Assembly (NCBI GenBank): GCA_963705085.1
Contig: CAVPIV010000004.1
Span: forward strand, 1,043,379-1,107,378
Length of the DNA stretch: 64,000 nt
Reading direction: 5' to 3'
Origin: an uncultured Thermoleophilia bacterium
GTDB lineage: Bacteria > Actinomycetota > Thermoleophilia > UBA2241
Under the pieces are notes generated by a model. It was not told the DNA's origin. It did not search any database and worked only from the letters and a program-made list of their open reading frames with translations. This document shows positions 49,530 to 60,151 of the stretch, in pieces. Each line of letters starts with the position of its first letter. The first letter of the stretch is position 1. The translations under genes were made by a program, and so were the position numbers.

Positions 49530-49644
49530 CTACCCCTCTGCTCGCCCTGGCTTGGCCGATACCCCAGAAGAGCACGCCCAGGCCGGCGAGGAAGGCTCCG
49601 ACGCCGATTGGCCCCGTCCAGAAGAAGGCGAGCCACATGTCCAT
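49530..49644 (-). CDS. Putative ~37-aa single-TM small protein (stop displaced by a probable extra G)
   Basis: MDMWLAFFWTGPIGVGAFLAGLGVLFWGIGQARASRG, purine-rich RBS; TAG is 1 nt out of frame after a GGGG run. Confidence 0.4.
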
Positions 49645-49863
49645 TGCGTCCCCCGATCCCCGACTGCCCGTTTCGCCCCAACGACTCAGTGCTTCCCAGG
49701 ATCGCGAGACGCGACACGCGGTGGGCAGGCTCGCCTGCCGCACCACGCGGCGCACTATGCGCCGGTCGGCCGCGGGCGGGCCTTGCCGGGCAGATGAAGA
49801 GTCTGCGTTTGCTCGCGGGCGATCACGTCCATCCAGTCCGAGCGGTCCGTCGCGCCCGGTCCG

Positions 49864-50943
49864 TCAGCCGCTGATGCCGCAGCTCGCCCCGCCCGTCTTC
49901 TCGATGTACTGCTGGTGATACTCCTCGGCCCGCCAGAACGTCGTGGCCGGCACGATCTCGGTCGTGATCGGCGCGTCGTAGGCGCGGGACTCCTCGAGCC
50001 GTGCCTGGGAGACCCGCGCTCGCCGCTCCTGGTCGGCTGTGCGCACGAAGATGGCCGAGCGATACTGCGACCCGACGTCCGGGCCCTGGCGGTCCTTCGA
50101 CGTCGGGTCGTGGTTCTGCCAGAAGACAGTCAGCAGATCGTCGTAGCTCACGAGGCTCGAGTCGTAGGTGATCTCGACCGCCTCGGCGTGGCCGGTGCCG
50201 TGGCCGCTGACCTCCTCGTACGTCGGGTTCGCCGTCGTCCCGCCGGTGTAGCCGACCTGCGTCTGGAGGACGCCGGGCAGATGGCGGAAGACCTCCTCCA
50301 CATGCCAGAAGCAGCCGGCCGCGAACGCAGCCGTCTGGAGCTGTGCCACGGCGGCCGTCTCTTCGGCGACGAGCTTCGCCTGGGGCGTGAAGACGAGAGC
50401 GGCCGAGTTCATGCAGTACCGCCGCCGGGTCGGCGGCGGACCGTCGCCGAAGTTGTGCCCGAGGTGGGCGCCACAGCGGGCACAGAGGGTCTCGATGCGG
50501 GGCATGACCATGCTGTAGTCCCAGCGCCGGGCCACGTTCTCGGGAGCAAACGGCTGGAAGAAGCTCGGCCAGCCGGTGCCCGAGTCGAACTTCGCGTTGG
50601 AGGAGAACAGCGGCAGACCGCAGCCGACGCAGCTGTAGACCCCGTCTTCATGGACGTCTACGAGGCCGCCGCAGAAGGCCGGCTCGGTGCCCGCGGCCCG
50701 TGTGATCTCGTAGACGTCGTCGCCGAGCTGCTGGCGCCACTCGGCGTCGGACTTCACCACCTTCGCCGTCGTCACAAGTCCGGACGGCTCGCCGTCGGCG
50801 CCGACCAGCCGAACGCGGATGCTGTCCTCGTCGAGCGCGGCGGCGTCGGTCGACCGGCCGCCGCTCAACTTCGCGTACACCGCCAGACTGCCGAGGATCG
50901 TCAGCGCGAGGACGCCGACCCACATGACCGCAGAGTGCCTCAT
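49864..50943 (-). CDS. msrAB: Bifunctional methionine sulfoxide reductase MsrB-MsrA with N-terminal signal/TM segment
   Basis: MsrB: [30 protein letters not shown]. MsrA: [36 protein letters not shown]. Confidence 0.93.
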   Translation of the reverse strand: MRHSAVMWVGVLALTILGSLAVYAKLSGGRSTDAAALDEDSIRVRLVGADGEPSGLVTTAKVVKSDAEWRQQLGDDVYEITRAAGTEPAFCGGLVDVHEDGVYSCVGCGLPLFSSNAKFDSGTGWPSFFQPFAPENVARRWDYSMVMPRIETLCARCGAHLGHNFGDGPPPTRRRYCMNSAALVFTPQAKLVAEETAAVAQLQTAAFAAGCFWHVEEVFRHLPGVLQTQVGYTGGTTANPTYEEVSGHGTGHAEAVEITYDSSLVSYDDLLTVFWQNHDPTSKDRQGPDVGSQYRSAIFVRTADQERRARVSQARLEESRAYDAPITTEIVPATTFWRAEEYHQQYIEKTGGASCGISG

Positions 50944-51182
50944 CGTCTCCTCCTGAGCACGACTACTCTCCCATGGTAGCGCGCTTGCGAAGAAGCGGCA
51001 GCCCACCAGGTGTCGGCGGCCAGCGGGCGCCGTCGGCTTCTGCATCCGGGAGTGACCCCGACGACCGTGGCGGCGAGTGAGGGCCGGCCCCCATCGCCGC
51101 GGTCCGCGCCGCGACCGGCGACCGCAACAGGCAGCCCGTCGCGGCTCCGTTGCTGCGCGGTGAGCCCGGACATGGATCAGGC

Positions 51183-52172
51183 CTAGCGCCGCGCGACCAG
51201 CCTGGACGCCTTGTCGATCCGGGCGAGCTCGTCGACCGTGAGGCGCAACTCCATCGCCGCCGCGCTCTCGGCCGCCTGTTCCGGCCGAGTCGCCCCGGGG
51301 ACGGCCACGACGGTCTCCCCATAGAAGGTGATCAGCCATGCCAGCGCGACCTGGGCGATCGAGGCGCCCTGCCCGGCGGCGACGGCGCGCAGCTCCTCGA
51401 TCAACGGCCGGGTGCGCGCCAGGTTGTGCGGGCCGAACACGCGGCCCGACACCCGAGGATGATACCTGCGCCACACTGGGAGGGCAGCGACCAGCTCGGG
51501 GTGGTTGTGGAACTTGCCGGTCAGCAGGCCCTGCGCCAGCGGCGAGTAGGCGATGAGCGTCACGCCCAGATCTCGCGCCGCGGCGAGGACGCCGTTGTGC
51601 TCGACGCGGCGGTCCAGCAGACTGATCGGCACCTGGTTGGAGGCGAGCGCCAGGCCCTCCAGCCGCAGCGCCTCGCTCGCGGCGACCATCTGCCGGGCCG
51701 AGAAGTTGCTCACGCCCACCGCGCCGATCTTGCCCGCGCGCACCAACCCCGCCATGGCTCGCATCTGGGCAGGGACAGAGGAGAAGCTCCAGGGTTGATG
51801 GATCTGATACAGCCCGATCGGGTAGCCCTGCAGGTGGTCCAGCCGCGTGTCGATGGTGGCAGGGATGCTGGCTGCGGTCCGCGGAACCGGCAGCCATTTA
51901 TCCGCCACCAGGACCCGCGCAGGATGCACCCGCAGGTGATGGAACGCCGTGCTGAGCGTAAGCTCCGACTGGCCGTTACCGTACGCCTCGGCGGTATCGA
52001 ACCAGGTGATGCCGCCGTCCAGGGCCGCGGCGACGATCGCGTCGATCGTCTCCTGGTCGAGGACGGCCCAGATGCCCTGCGTGTAGCCCTTGTCCTGCGA
52101 GAATTGCCAGCAGCCGAGACCAATCGACGACACCCGCAGGGACGTGCTGCCGAGCGTGCGCCGCGTCACCAC
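51183..52172 (-). CDS. Aldo/keto reductase
   Basis: [33 protein letters not shown]. Confidence 0.93.
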   Translation of the reverse strand: MVTRRTLGSTSLRVSSIGLGCWQFSQDKGYTQGIWAVLDQETIDAIVAAALDGGITWFDTAEAYGNGQSELTLSTAFHHLRVHPARVLVADKWLPVPRTAASIPATIDTRLDHLQGYPIGLYQIHQPWSFSSVPAQMRAMAGLVRAGKIGAVGVSNFSARQMVAASEALRLEGLALASNQVPISLLDRRVEHNGVLAAARDLGVTLIAYSPLAQGLLTGKFHNHPELVAALPVWRRYHPRVSGRVFGPHNLARTRPLIEELRAVAAGQGASIAQVALAWLITFYGETVVAVPGATRPEQAAESAAAMELRLTVDELARIDKASRLVARR

Positions 52173-52402
52173 GCCATGCCCATAGAGACGCCGCCTGCCG
52201 CGAGCTCGTCAAGCATCTGCTGCAGACGCCGCGTGCGTGTCTCCGGGCGCTTCGCCCGGGCGATCCAGCCGAGATAGTCGCTCTGCTGGTACGCCGGCCG
52301 CGACGCGTACGCCGTCATGAGGCCGCGCTCCTCGAGCGCCCGCCTCACATCGTCGGGCATGGGGTGGCGCGGCCGCTTGAGCCGCCTGAAGTCCGCGGTC
52401 AC
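52166..52402 (-). CDS. YdeI/OmpD-associated family small protein
   Basis: MPDDVRRAL...RPAYQQSDYLGWIARAKRPETRTRRL; GTGA overlap with the upstream gene. Confidence 0.8.
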   Translation of the reverse strand: MTADFRRLKRPRHPMPDDVRRALEERGLMTAYASRPAYQQSDYLGWIARAKRPETRTRRLQQMLDELAAGGVSMGMAW

Positions 52403-52917
52403 TGATCGTCTCCCTGTCTGGTCTGCGGCGAGCCCCCGCGCGCCGGCGGCCGCCGGCGCGCGGGGGCGCCGCGCGGACCGCGCTGCAACGCGAGTGAAGC
52501 GAGCCGCACGTAGACGGCGTCGGCCTGAGCGGCGATCGCGCCGCGGTCGCCGCCCTTCTCCTCGACCTCGTGCAGCACCGCCTCGACGGCCCGATCGTAG
52601 TCGCGCCTCGCCTCGTCGTTGAGGCGCTTCCAGGGGATACCGGCCAGCAGGCGCGCGACGCCCGGGTCGTAGCTGATCACGCCCGTCAGCAGCAGCACCG
52701 CGATGATCGGATACCCGGCGTACCTCCGCCAGTACGAGGCGTTGTCGTTGGCCGAGTAGGTGACCCCGTCCGCGGACCACGTCACGGTATACGTCCTGTC
52801 CCCGGACGAGGATGTGACCTCGGCCTCCCCCGCGCCCGTCAGCCGGACCCTGCCGTCGGCCACGGCCGTGAGAGCCTCGTAGACCTTGGCCTTCGGCGGC
52901 ATCTCCCAGGCCGGCAC
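52399..52917 (-). CDS. Conserved hypothetical protein
   Basis: PPKAKVYEALTAVADGRV...SANDNASYW...GYPIIA...GIPWKRLN; operonic spacing. Confidence 0.75.
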   Translation of the reverse strand: MPAWEMPPKAKVYEALTAVADGRVRLTGAGEAEVTSSSGDRTYTVTWSADGVTYSANDNASYWRRYAGYPIIAVLLLTGVISYDPGVARLLAGIPWKRLNDEARRDYDRAVEAVLHEVEEKGGDRGAIAAQADAVYVRLASLALQRGPRGAPARRRPPARGGSPQTRQGDDQ

Positions 52918-52926
52918 GGCGCGACC

Positions 52927-53682
52927 TCAGCCCGCCGGCCCCGTCTCCGTCCCGGTCCCGAACGCCTGCGCCCCCGGCCCGGCGGGCCAGAGGACGGGGT
53001 CGTGGGAGGTCGGCATACCCACGTACGTGGCGACGTGTTCCGGCCTGCCGGCGAGCAGGAAGCTCATGTTCATGTGGTCGCGCTCGTCGAGGCCGACGCG
53101 CCGAAAGACATCGGCCCACGTCGCCTGCTGGCCGTAGCGGCGCACGACCTCGCTGGTAACCGCCTGCCCCTCCCATTCCGGATGATCGGCCACGAGCTTC
53201 GCGTAGACGTGCTCCGCGTGGTCCTCGAACTCGGCGTTGAAAAGGAAGGCCCGGCGGATGTCGACGAGCGCCATCGCCCAGGTCATGAGACGGTAGAAGG
53301 TGACCATGAGGAAGGTGACGGGTGCCGCGAGATAGCGCGGATCGCTGACGCCGTCCTCTCTCATCTTCTCGCTGAGGACCAGCAGGTGCCAGTACTCGTT
53401 GTCCTGGGCCTCGCGGGCCCACGACGTGATCGCCCGGGCGCGCTCCACGAGGGCCCGGTCGCGGTAGTGCCAGGTCATGCGGGCGTACTGGCGGTGCTCC
53501 CACGCCCGATACGGCACGGACGCCAGGATCTCGACCAGCTTCGCTTTGGGCAGCGTCGTCCGCACGCCGGTCAGCACATCCATGCTGAGGAAGAAGAGGC
53601 GGGCGGCAATGGAGTACCCGTAGCGCGGCCGCGCCAGCGAGGCCCGCTGCTCCCTCTGGAGATCAATCGCTACCTGGTCCAT
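52927..53682 (-). CDS. Alternative oxidase/PTOX-like di-iron carboxylate protein
   Basis: Four-helix ligand pattern EILASVPY, DNEYWH, EFEDHA..Y, DERDH. Confidence 0.75.
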   Translation of the reverse strand: MDQVAIDLQREQRASLARPRYGYSIAARLFFLSMDVLTGVRTTLPKAKLVEILASVPYRAWEHRQYARMTWHYRDRALVERARAITSWAREAQDNEYWHLLVLSEKMREDGVSDPRYLAAPVTFLMVTFYRLMTWAMALVDIRRAFLFNAEFEDHAEHVYAKLVADHPEWEGQAVTSEVVRRYGQQATWADVFRRVGLDERDHMNMSFLLAGRPEHVATYVGMPTSHDPVLWPAGPGAQAFGTGTETGPAG

Positions 53683-53788
53683 CGACTCCCTCCGTGATCG
53701 ACGCCGGACTCATCACTCCGTATACCACAGACGGACCACCTACGGGCAACCCCCGGGAGAGCCGGCCGGCGCGACGCCGGCGCGAATG

Positions 53789-53811
53789 GGGCGGGCGCAC
53801 CGCGCCCGCCC
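53789..53811 (-). terminator. Stem-loop directly after the SDR gene
   Basis: GGGCGGGCGC-ACC-GCGCCCGCCC. Confidence 0.5.
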
Positions 53812-53817
53812 GGTCCG

Positions 53818-54576
53818 TCACTGCGCCGTGTACCCACCGTCGGCGAGATAGAAGCCGCCGGTGAGGAACGATGCGTTCTCCGAGCAGAGATAGGCCACCA
53901 GGTCCGCCACCTCCTGCGGCTCGCCCATGCGGCCCATCGCGTGCAACCCGCTGAGGTAGGTCTGGGTCGGCTCATCCAGGTTCGCCGTCAGCATCGGGGT
54001 CTTGATGAACCCGGGACCCACGGCGTTGACCCGGATCCCCTGCTTGGCGTACTCGAGCGCGGCGGTCTGGGTGAGCCCGACGACACCGTGCTTGGCGGCC
54101 ACGTAGGCCGGGGCCGTGGCGAAGCCCAGCGAGCCGAGAATCGATGCCATGTTGACGATCGCCCCGCCGCCGTGCGCGAGCATCCGCGGGATCTCCGCCC
54201 GCATGCAGTAGAAGACGCCGTTGAGGTTGACGTCGATGACCCGCCGCCACTCCTCGACGCCGTAGTCGCCGACGAAGCTGGCCTCGCCGGCGACGCCGGC
54301 GTTGTTGACGGCCATGTCGAGGCCCCCGAACGCCTCTATCGTGGTCTGAACGGCCTGCTCGACCGCCTCAGGGTCGCTGACGTCGCAGCGCAGGAAGAGC
54401 GCGTCGCCGCCAAGCCGCTTCGCCGTGGCGGCGACGCGCTCCCCGAGCTGGACATCCGTGTCGGCGACGACCACCTTCGCCCCATCCAGCGCGAAGGTGC
54501 GCACGCACGCCTCACCTATGCCCGATGCGCCACCGGTGACCAGCGCGACCTTGCCGGCGAAGTCTGAACCACACAT
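53818..54576 (-). CDS. Short-chain dehydrogenase/reductase
   Basis: TGGASGIG, NNAG, YVAAK, DGGYTAQ. Confidence 0.95.
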   Translation of the reverse strand: MCGSDFAGKVALVTGGASGIGEACVRTFALDGAKVVVADTDVQLGERVAATAKRLGGDALFLRCDVSDPEAVEQAVQTTIEAFGGLDMAVNNAGVAGEASFVGDYGVEEWRRVIDVNLNGVFYCMRAEIPRMLAHGGGAIVNMASILGSLGFATAPAYVAAKHGVVGLTQTAALEYAKQGIRVNAVGPGFIKTPMLTANLDEPTQTYLSGLHAMGRMGEPQEVADLVAYLCSENASFLTGGFYLADGGYTAQ

Positions 54577-54837
54577 CTGGACCTCCTCGGGTGATTCCCC
54601 TGAGACTGCCGCCGGCGTCTGGCCGCAAGGGCCCAACGCCGAGGAGCACTTGTCGAGTGCCGCTCCGGGGCATAGTGTCGAACGACCAGAGACCGGCCGG
54701 CGCGCCGGGCGTATGGTTTTCGCGTACCGGCGCGCGGCGACCCGGCCCAAAACGCCGTAGCGGCGCCCACGACGGCGGCGCGTGCATCATGATTCTATAC
54801 GGTGCTAAGGGTGCATGAAGCGGCGAGGAGGTCCACG

Positions 54838-55311
54838 ATGCTCGAACCCCGCACACTACGACTGGAGCCGATGACCGTCGCCTACCTCGAGATGCGCGGC
54901 GCCTACGGCCAGATCCCGGCAGGGTTCGCGACCCTCTATCAGTGGCTCGCAACCATGGGCCTCGCGCCCGAGGGGATGCCGCAGGCGGTCTACTACACGA
55001 ATCCGGCGGAGGTCCCCGAGTCGGAGTCGAGGTGGGAGCTGTGGGCGCCCGTCGCTCCCGGATCCCCGCCGCAGGCGACTGACGGTCGAGGACGGGGCGT
55101 CAAGGTCGTGCCGGCACGGACTGTGGCGACGGCCGTCCACAAGGGCACGTACGACTCGATCGACGAGACCTACGAGGAGCTCTGGAGGTGGGTCGCCGAG
55201 CGCGACTACGAGGTGATCGGCCCGCCGGAGGAGGCCTACCTCACCGACCCGGCCGAAGCCCCGCCCGAGGAGTACCTCACGCAGGTCTCCTTCCCGATCA
55301 GGACGCCCTGA
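54838..55311 (+). CDS. GyrI-like small-molecule-binding domain protein
   Basis: HKGTYDSI...WV...GPPEEAYLTDP...TQVSFPI. RBS GAGGAGG. Confidence 0.88.
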   Translation: MLEPRTLRLEPMTVAYLEMRGAYGQIPAGFATLYQWLATMGLAPEGMPQAVYYTNPAEVPESESRWELWAPVAPGSPPQATDGRGRGVKVVPARTVATAVHKGTYDSIDETYEELWRWVAERDYEVIGPPEEAYLTDPAEAPPEEYLTQVSFPIRTP

Positions 55312-55361
55312 AAGACAGGTCACGTGGAGGCGGACGGCCTCCCAAGGAGCCCGCAACCTCC

Positions 55362-55862
55362 TCACTGGTAGGTGCGCCCGCCGTGCTCGAGCCACCCGTC
55401 GGTATGCTCGCCGGCGGGGTCCTTGTGCGTCCAGTGAATGGTACCCCCCTCCTCGTTCCACTCGTACACCCCGAAGAAGGCGACTGAGTCGCGGACCCGC
55501 AGCCCGCGGATGCGGGGCGCGAGATCGATGTTGTGCGCGATGAGGAGCGTCTGGCCGGAGGCGAGGCGAAGGATGAAGCGCTGGTGGCGGCCGCCGTCCT
55601 CATCGTCCTCGAGCAGGCGAACAACCGTGCCACGGCCTTTCACCTGCAGGTTGTGAGCCCGGGTGGCGTAGGCCTCCGCGAGGACGGCGTCGTCGCCGGC
55701 GCCTGGGGCCGCGGGCGACGACCCGGCGGCGGGGGGGCCGGCCTCGCCCGGCGGCGGTGCGCCGCCGCATCCGGCAAGGCCGGCGACTCCCGCCAGCACG
55801 AGCGCAAACAGCATCGCGGCCCTCATCGTCGTTCGGCCCAGGAGCGGCGTCGGACGCGTCAC
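55362..55862 (-). CDS. DUF3465 family lipoprotein
   Basis: LAGC lipobox; [28 protein letters not shown]. Confidence 0.88.
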   Translation of the reverse strand: MTRPTPLLGRTTMRAAMLFALVLAGVAGLAGCGGAPPPGEAGPPAAGSSPAAPGAGDDAVLAEAYATRAHNLQVKGRGTVVRLLEDDEDGGRHQRFILRLASGQTLLIAHNIDLAPRIRGLRVRDSVAFFGVYEWNEEGGTIHWTHKDPAGEHTDGWLEHGGRTYQ

Positions 55863-57053
55863 TGCGCGAGGACGCCGGCCAGCACGTCGTCGAGCACCGC
55901 CAGCATCGTGTCGATCTCCTCGCGCGACACGGTGAGAGACGGCATGAAGCGCAGGACGGCGGGGCGGGGCGCGTTGAGGAGCAGCCCCGCGTCGCGAGCG
56001 CGGTCGACGACCTCCCCGGCGACGTCCCCCCCCAGCTCGAGCGCGATCAGCAGGCCACGGCCGCGGACCTCTCCCAGCCCGCGGCGGCTCGAGAGCTCCT
56101 CAAGCCCGGCGACAAGGTAGGCGCCACGCACCCGAACGTCCTCAAGGAACCCAGGAGCGAGCACGGCGTCGAGCACGGCGCACCCGGCGGCCGCCATGAG
56201 CGGATTGCCGTTGAAGGTGCCGCCCTGATCGCCCGGCGCGAAGCAGGAAACCTCCTCGGTCGCCGCCATAGCCGCCAACGGCACGCCGCCGCCCAGCATC
56301 TTGCCCAGCGTCATGATGTCCGGCTCGATGCGGGCGTGCTCGTACCCCCACAGCGTCCCGGTACGCCCCACGCCGGTCTGGATCTCGTCGGCGATGAGCA
56401 GGAGACCGCGTTCCGGGTCAGCTCGCGCACATCGCGAAGGAAGGATCCGTGGCCGGGATGACCCCCGCCTCGCCCTGAACCGGCTCCAGCATGACGGCCA
56501 CGGTCTTCGCCCCGATCAGCTCCTCCACCGAGGCGAGGTCGTTGAGTCTCGCCTTCGGGAAGCCGGGGACCTTGGGCTCGAACAGCTCGCGGAACTGCGG
56601 CTTGCCCGAGGCGGACATGGTGGCCAGCGTCCGGCCGTGGAACGAGTCCTCGAAGGTGATGATCTCGTAGGCTCCATCCCTGTGCAGCGACCCCCACTTG
56701 CGGGCCAGCTTGATCGCGCCCTCGTTGGCCTCCGCGCCGCTGTTGGCGAAGAAGACCCGGTCGCAGCAGCTGTGGCCGGTGATCCGCGCGGCGAGCTCGA
56801 GGGCGGGCTCGTTGTAGAAGGCTGGGCTCGGCGTGATCAGGACGCGCGCCTGCGCGACGAGCGCGTCGGCGATGACGGCCGGGCTGTGGCCGAGGCAGTT
56901 GACCGCCCAGCCCTGGACGAAGTCGAGGTAGCGCCTGCCGGCGTGGTCCCACAGCCAGGAGCCCTCGCCGCGGACGAAGACGAGCGGCGGACGGACGGTG
57001 ATCTCCATGAGGGACCCGATGGGGAAGCGGCCGAACTCCATGTCCTCGCTCAC
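55859..57053 (-). CDS. argD: Acetylornithine aminotransferase with two single-base deletions (~56445, ~56413)
   Basis: [32 protein letters not shown], then three successive frames rebuild [11 protein letters not shown]-(E)[18 protein letters not shown]...GGTFNGNP. Pseudogene or assembly error. Confidence 0.85.
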
Positions 57054-57209
57054 GCCCAGCGCGGCGCCCTCATGCGCACGCTGCCCGCGGCGGCGGGCTC
57101 GAGAGAGGCGAGCGGCCGCCGCCCCCCATTCTCGATACCTCAGAGGCGTCGCCGGCGAGCAGCCGCGACACCGCCTCGGCGTCGACGTCGCACAGGCGCA
57201 CGCCCAACG

Positions 57210-58163
57210 TCAGGCCCCCGGTCTGGCTGGAGGCCCCGGGCGGCGCGGCATCTCCACCTGCGGGATCCCGCCCGGAATGCCCGGGCCGGGCGTCGTTCCT
57301 TGCGGTGTGGCCCCATCCCCATCCCCGATCCGCCAGGGCCGGCGGGCGGTGACCAACCACAGGTGCGGAGCAGTGGGATCCTCGTCGGGCGCGGGAAACG
57401 GCCAGCGCCCGTAGCTGACGGCCGGTGAGCCGCACTGAACGACCTCGGCCTTCCAGCCGCGCCTCTTGAGAAGCGTCTTGGGATCGTCGAGCGCCCCGAC
57501 CCAGGGAGCGCCGTTCTCGGCCTGCATCTCGACCCATGGCGCCGTGAGCGGCGAGGTGAGGGTCGCGCCGTTGATCACGTCGAAGCCGATGTAGCTGCCG
57601 CCAGAAGCCCCGTCCAGGGTCTTCGCGAGCAGCGGCAAGAGCTCCTCGGCAGGAAGGTAGAAGAGGAAGCCCTCGAGCAGCCACAGGGCCGGCTGTGCCG
57701 CGTCGAGGCCGGCGGCGGCGAGCGCCGCCTGCCAGCCGCCGGTCAGGTCGGCCGGAACGACGACGCGCTCGCAGGTCGGCGTCGCACCGGCCGCGTCGAG
57801 CATCTTCTGCTTGCGCTCCAAGACGGCCGGCTGATCGACCTCGAAGAGCCTCATCCCCGCCGGCCACTCGATCCGGTAGGCACGGGTATCGAGACCGGCT
57901 GCCATGATGACGACCTGGCGAATCGCGTCCTCCTTCGCCATCCCCAGCAGGAAGTCGTCGAAGTAGCGGGTCCGCAGAACGATCGGCAGTACGGCCTCAG
58001 GAGACCGCTGCGCGAGCCAGGCCGGTCCTTCGTCGCCGGCCAAGGCCGCCGCCCAGGGATCGTCGAAGAGCCGGTCCTCGCGCGCGCTCTCGCCGGCGCG
58101 CACGGCCGCAGTCCACGACGCGGTCAACGCCAGAAGCTGCTGTGACGAGGCCTCTTCCACCAT
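57210..58163 (-). CDS. SAM-dependent methyltransferase (LCM/ML2640-like)
   Basis: RLFDDPWA, RTRYFDD, AAGLDTRAYR, EVDQP, LEGFLFYL. Confidence 0.9.
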   Translation of the reverse strand: MVEEASSQQLLALTASWTAAVRAGESAREDRLFDDPWAAALAGDEGPAWLAQRSPEAVLPIVLRTRYFDDFLLGMAKEDAIRQVVIMAAGLDTRAYRIEWPAGMRLFEVDQPAVLERKQKMLDAAGATPTCERVVVPADLTGGWQAALAAAGLDAAQPALWLLEGFLFYLPAEELLPLLAKTLDGASGGSYIGFDVINGATLTSPLTAPWVEMQAENGAPWVGALDDPKTLLKRRGWKAEVVQCGSPAVSYGRWPFPAPDEDPTAPHLWLVTARRPWRIGDGDGATPQGTTPGPGIPGGIPQVEMPRRPGPPARPGA

Positions 58164-58649
58164 TGTTCCCCTTTCGTGTTGACGAGCGCAGCGGCCAGAC
58201 GACCCGTCGCTGCTCGCGCCCAGCTCGCGCCAAGTCTATCGCGTCTCGACCGCCCTCTACGGACTCGAGCGGACGCGCCATGCTGCGAGATGGCGGTCAC
58301 AGAACGGCCCTCGATTCTCCCACTGTCGAGAGGCGACGGCCGGCGGACTATGGGATCCGCCGTCGCCACTGGTCGCGAGTGTTCTGGCGGGCGCGGGCTA
58401 CGTCTTGGGCGTTTCCCCCGCCGCGCCCGGCGCAGCCCCTTCGCTCACGCCCATACTCACCTCAGGGTCGTGATCGCCCGATCTGGGCGCAGGTGAACGC
58501 CGTCGCCTCCAGCGCCTCAAGAACGCTGACGGCGGAACGCGACCCCCACCGTGGAGGCCGACGCGAGCGCCGAATTCGCCGCGGGGCAGAAGCCCTTCTC
58601 CAGCAGGTCGATCGCAGCATCCCGCGACGGGCGCGCCGGCGGCTGCAGC

Positions 58650-59852
58650 CTAGGGTAGGTACACCAGCCCGTGCTTGATCCTCGTCAGGTAGTACTTCTC
58701 GAAGATGAGTTTTGCCCAATGCGACCAGGGACCAGGGATCATGATCTCGTAGCGGCGCGGCTTGAAGACGCGATCGAGGACGATGATCATCCCCTGGCTG
58801 CCGGCGTCCATGATGCACAGCGGCTTGATGTCGGCAAAGGGCAGGTCGCGCGGCTCTCCACCTTGGACGGAGGCCACGATGTTGTGTGCCGCGACCTTGC
58901 CCATGACCTCCGACATCCAGCCCGTCTTGGGCACGCCTGTGGGAATCTGTGTTGCCACTTCCGGCTTGATCTGCACCGCGATGCCGGCCGCGTAGATGTT
59001 CTCGTAGTGGCGGTGCCGGTAGCGGTCGTCGACGGGGATGAAGCCCCGCTCATCGCCCAGACCCGGTGAGTCGAAGATGGCCTGGACGCCGGTGAACGGC
59101 GGGATGACGATGGCGTACTTGTGATGCAGCACCTGCCCGTTGGAGAGGGTGATGGAGTCCTTGGTCGCCTCCTTCATCCCCACGTTGACGATCGGTTTGA
59201 TGCCGAGCAGCTTGAGGTAGGCCCTGAGCATCGCCTCGCCGCCGCGCATTCCGCCCAGGCCGAAGTGACCGAGGAAGGGTTCAGACGTCACGAACGTGAG
59301 CGGGACCTTGCTGCGGATCTTGGCCTGGCGCAGAGCTCGGTCGATGTTGAAGACCACTTCGTAGGCGGCGCCGAAGCAGCTCGCCCCCTGCGTGGACCCA
59401 ATGACGACAGGGCCCGGGTCCTCGAGGAACCGCAACCAGGCCTCGGCTGACTCCATGGCGTGATGGATGTTGCAGACCGAGTACGAGCCCCCCGCCTCCG
59501 GGCCAAGACCCGGGACGCTCGACCAGTCATACATGGCCCCCGTGGCGATCAGCAGATAGTCGTAAGCAATCTCACCCTTGTCGGTGTAGACCGTGTTTGC
59601 CGCCGGGTCGATCCGCTCCACCGTGGCATGTCGGAACTTGATGCCGCGCCGGTAGAGGATGGGGGCGAGATCGAGACTGATCTGCCCTGGCTTGCGCCAG
59701 CCAGGCGGCACCCAGATGAGAGACGGCAGAAAGACGAACCGAGGGTCGCGCGAGACCACCGTGATCTCAGCGGCGTGGCCAAGCTCGAGCTCCAGTTCAA
59801 AGGCAGCGTTGATGCCCGCAAAGCTGCCACCGAGAACAACGATTGACGTCAT
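58650..59852 (-). CDS. Sulfide:quinone oxidoreductase-like FAD-dependent oxidoreductase
   Basis: GGSFAG, FLPSL, YSVC, ASCFGAAYE, VPKTGWMSE, CIMDAG. Confidence 0.85.
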   Translation of the reverse strand: MTSIVVLGGSFAGINAAFELELELGHAAEITVVSRDPRFVFLPSLIWVPPGWRKPGQISLDLAPILYRRGIKFRHATVERIDPAANTVYTDKGEIAYDYLLIATGAMYDWSSVPGLGPEAGGSYSVCNIHHAMESAEAWLRFLEDPGPVVIGSTQGASCFGAAYEVVFNIDRALRQAKIRSKVPLTFVTSEPFLGHFGLGGMRGGEAMLRAYLKLLGIKPIVNVGMKEATKDSITLSNGQVLHHKYAIVIPPFTGVQAIFDSPGLGDERGFIPVDDRYRHRHYENIYAAGIAVQIKPEVATQIPTGVPKTGWMSEVMGKVAAHNIVASVQGGEPRDLPFADIKPLCIMDAGSQGMIIVLDRVFKPRRYEIMIPGPWSHWAKLIFEKYYLTRIKHGLVYLP

Positions 59853-59994
59853 GGTTCCCCTCCCCGAGCGTAGGCTGAACTCCCCTCAGATGTGCATGAC
59901 TGCACTATGCCCCGAAACTATCGGTTCGCGCGGACCATGCTCGTTTTTCGGCGCCGTGCTCACCGACGGCGGCGGAGCGGCATCTGCGCAGACC

Positions 59995-60047
59995 GTCCAC
60001 GACGCGGTCAGCGCCAGAAGCTCCTGTGCCGCAGCGTTGTCAGTCAT
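59995..60047 (-). pseudogene. 5' remnant of a paralog of the 57210..58163 methyltransferase
   Basis: 59995-60028 matches 58111-58144 at 32/34 nt; ATG at the same offset; encodes MTDNAAAQELLALTASWT versus MVEEASSQQLLALTASWT. Confidence 0.7.
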
Positions 60048-60151
60048 TGGTCCCGCTCGCGTCGCCGACGAGAGAACCCGGAGTCTGCTTCAGCCACCCG
60101 GACAGAAGAAGACTACGCTCGCGGCAACGCCGGCGAAAACCAAGTCCGCCG

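Noticed and set aside
58164-58649. ncRNA or IS element in the 486-nt gap between sqr and the methyltransferase
   Set aside because: Only generic GC hairpins; no terminal inverted repeats, transposase fragment or recognisable RNA motif.
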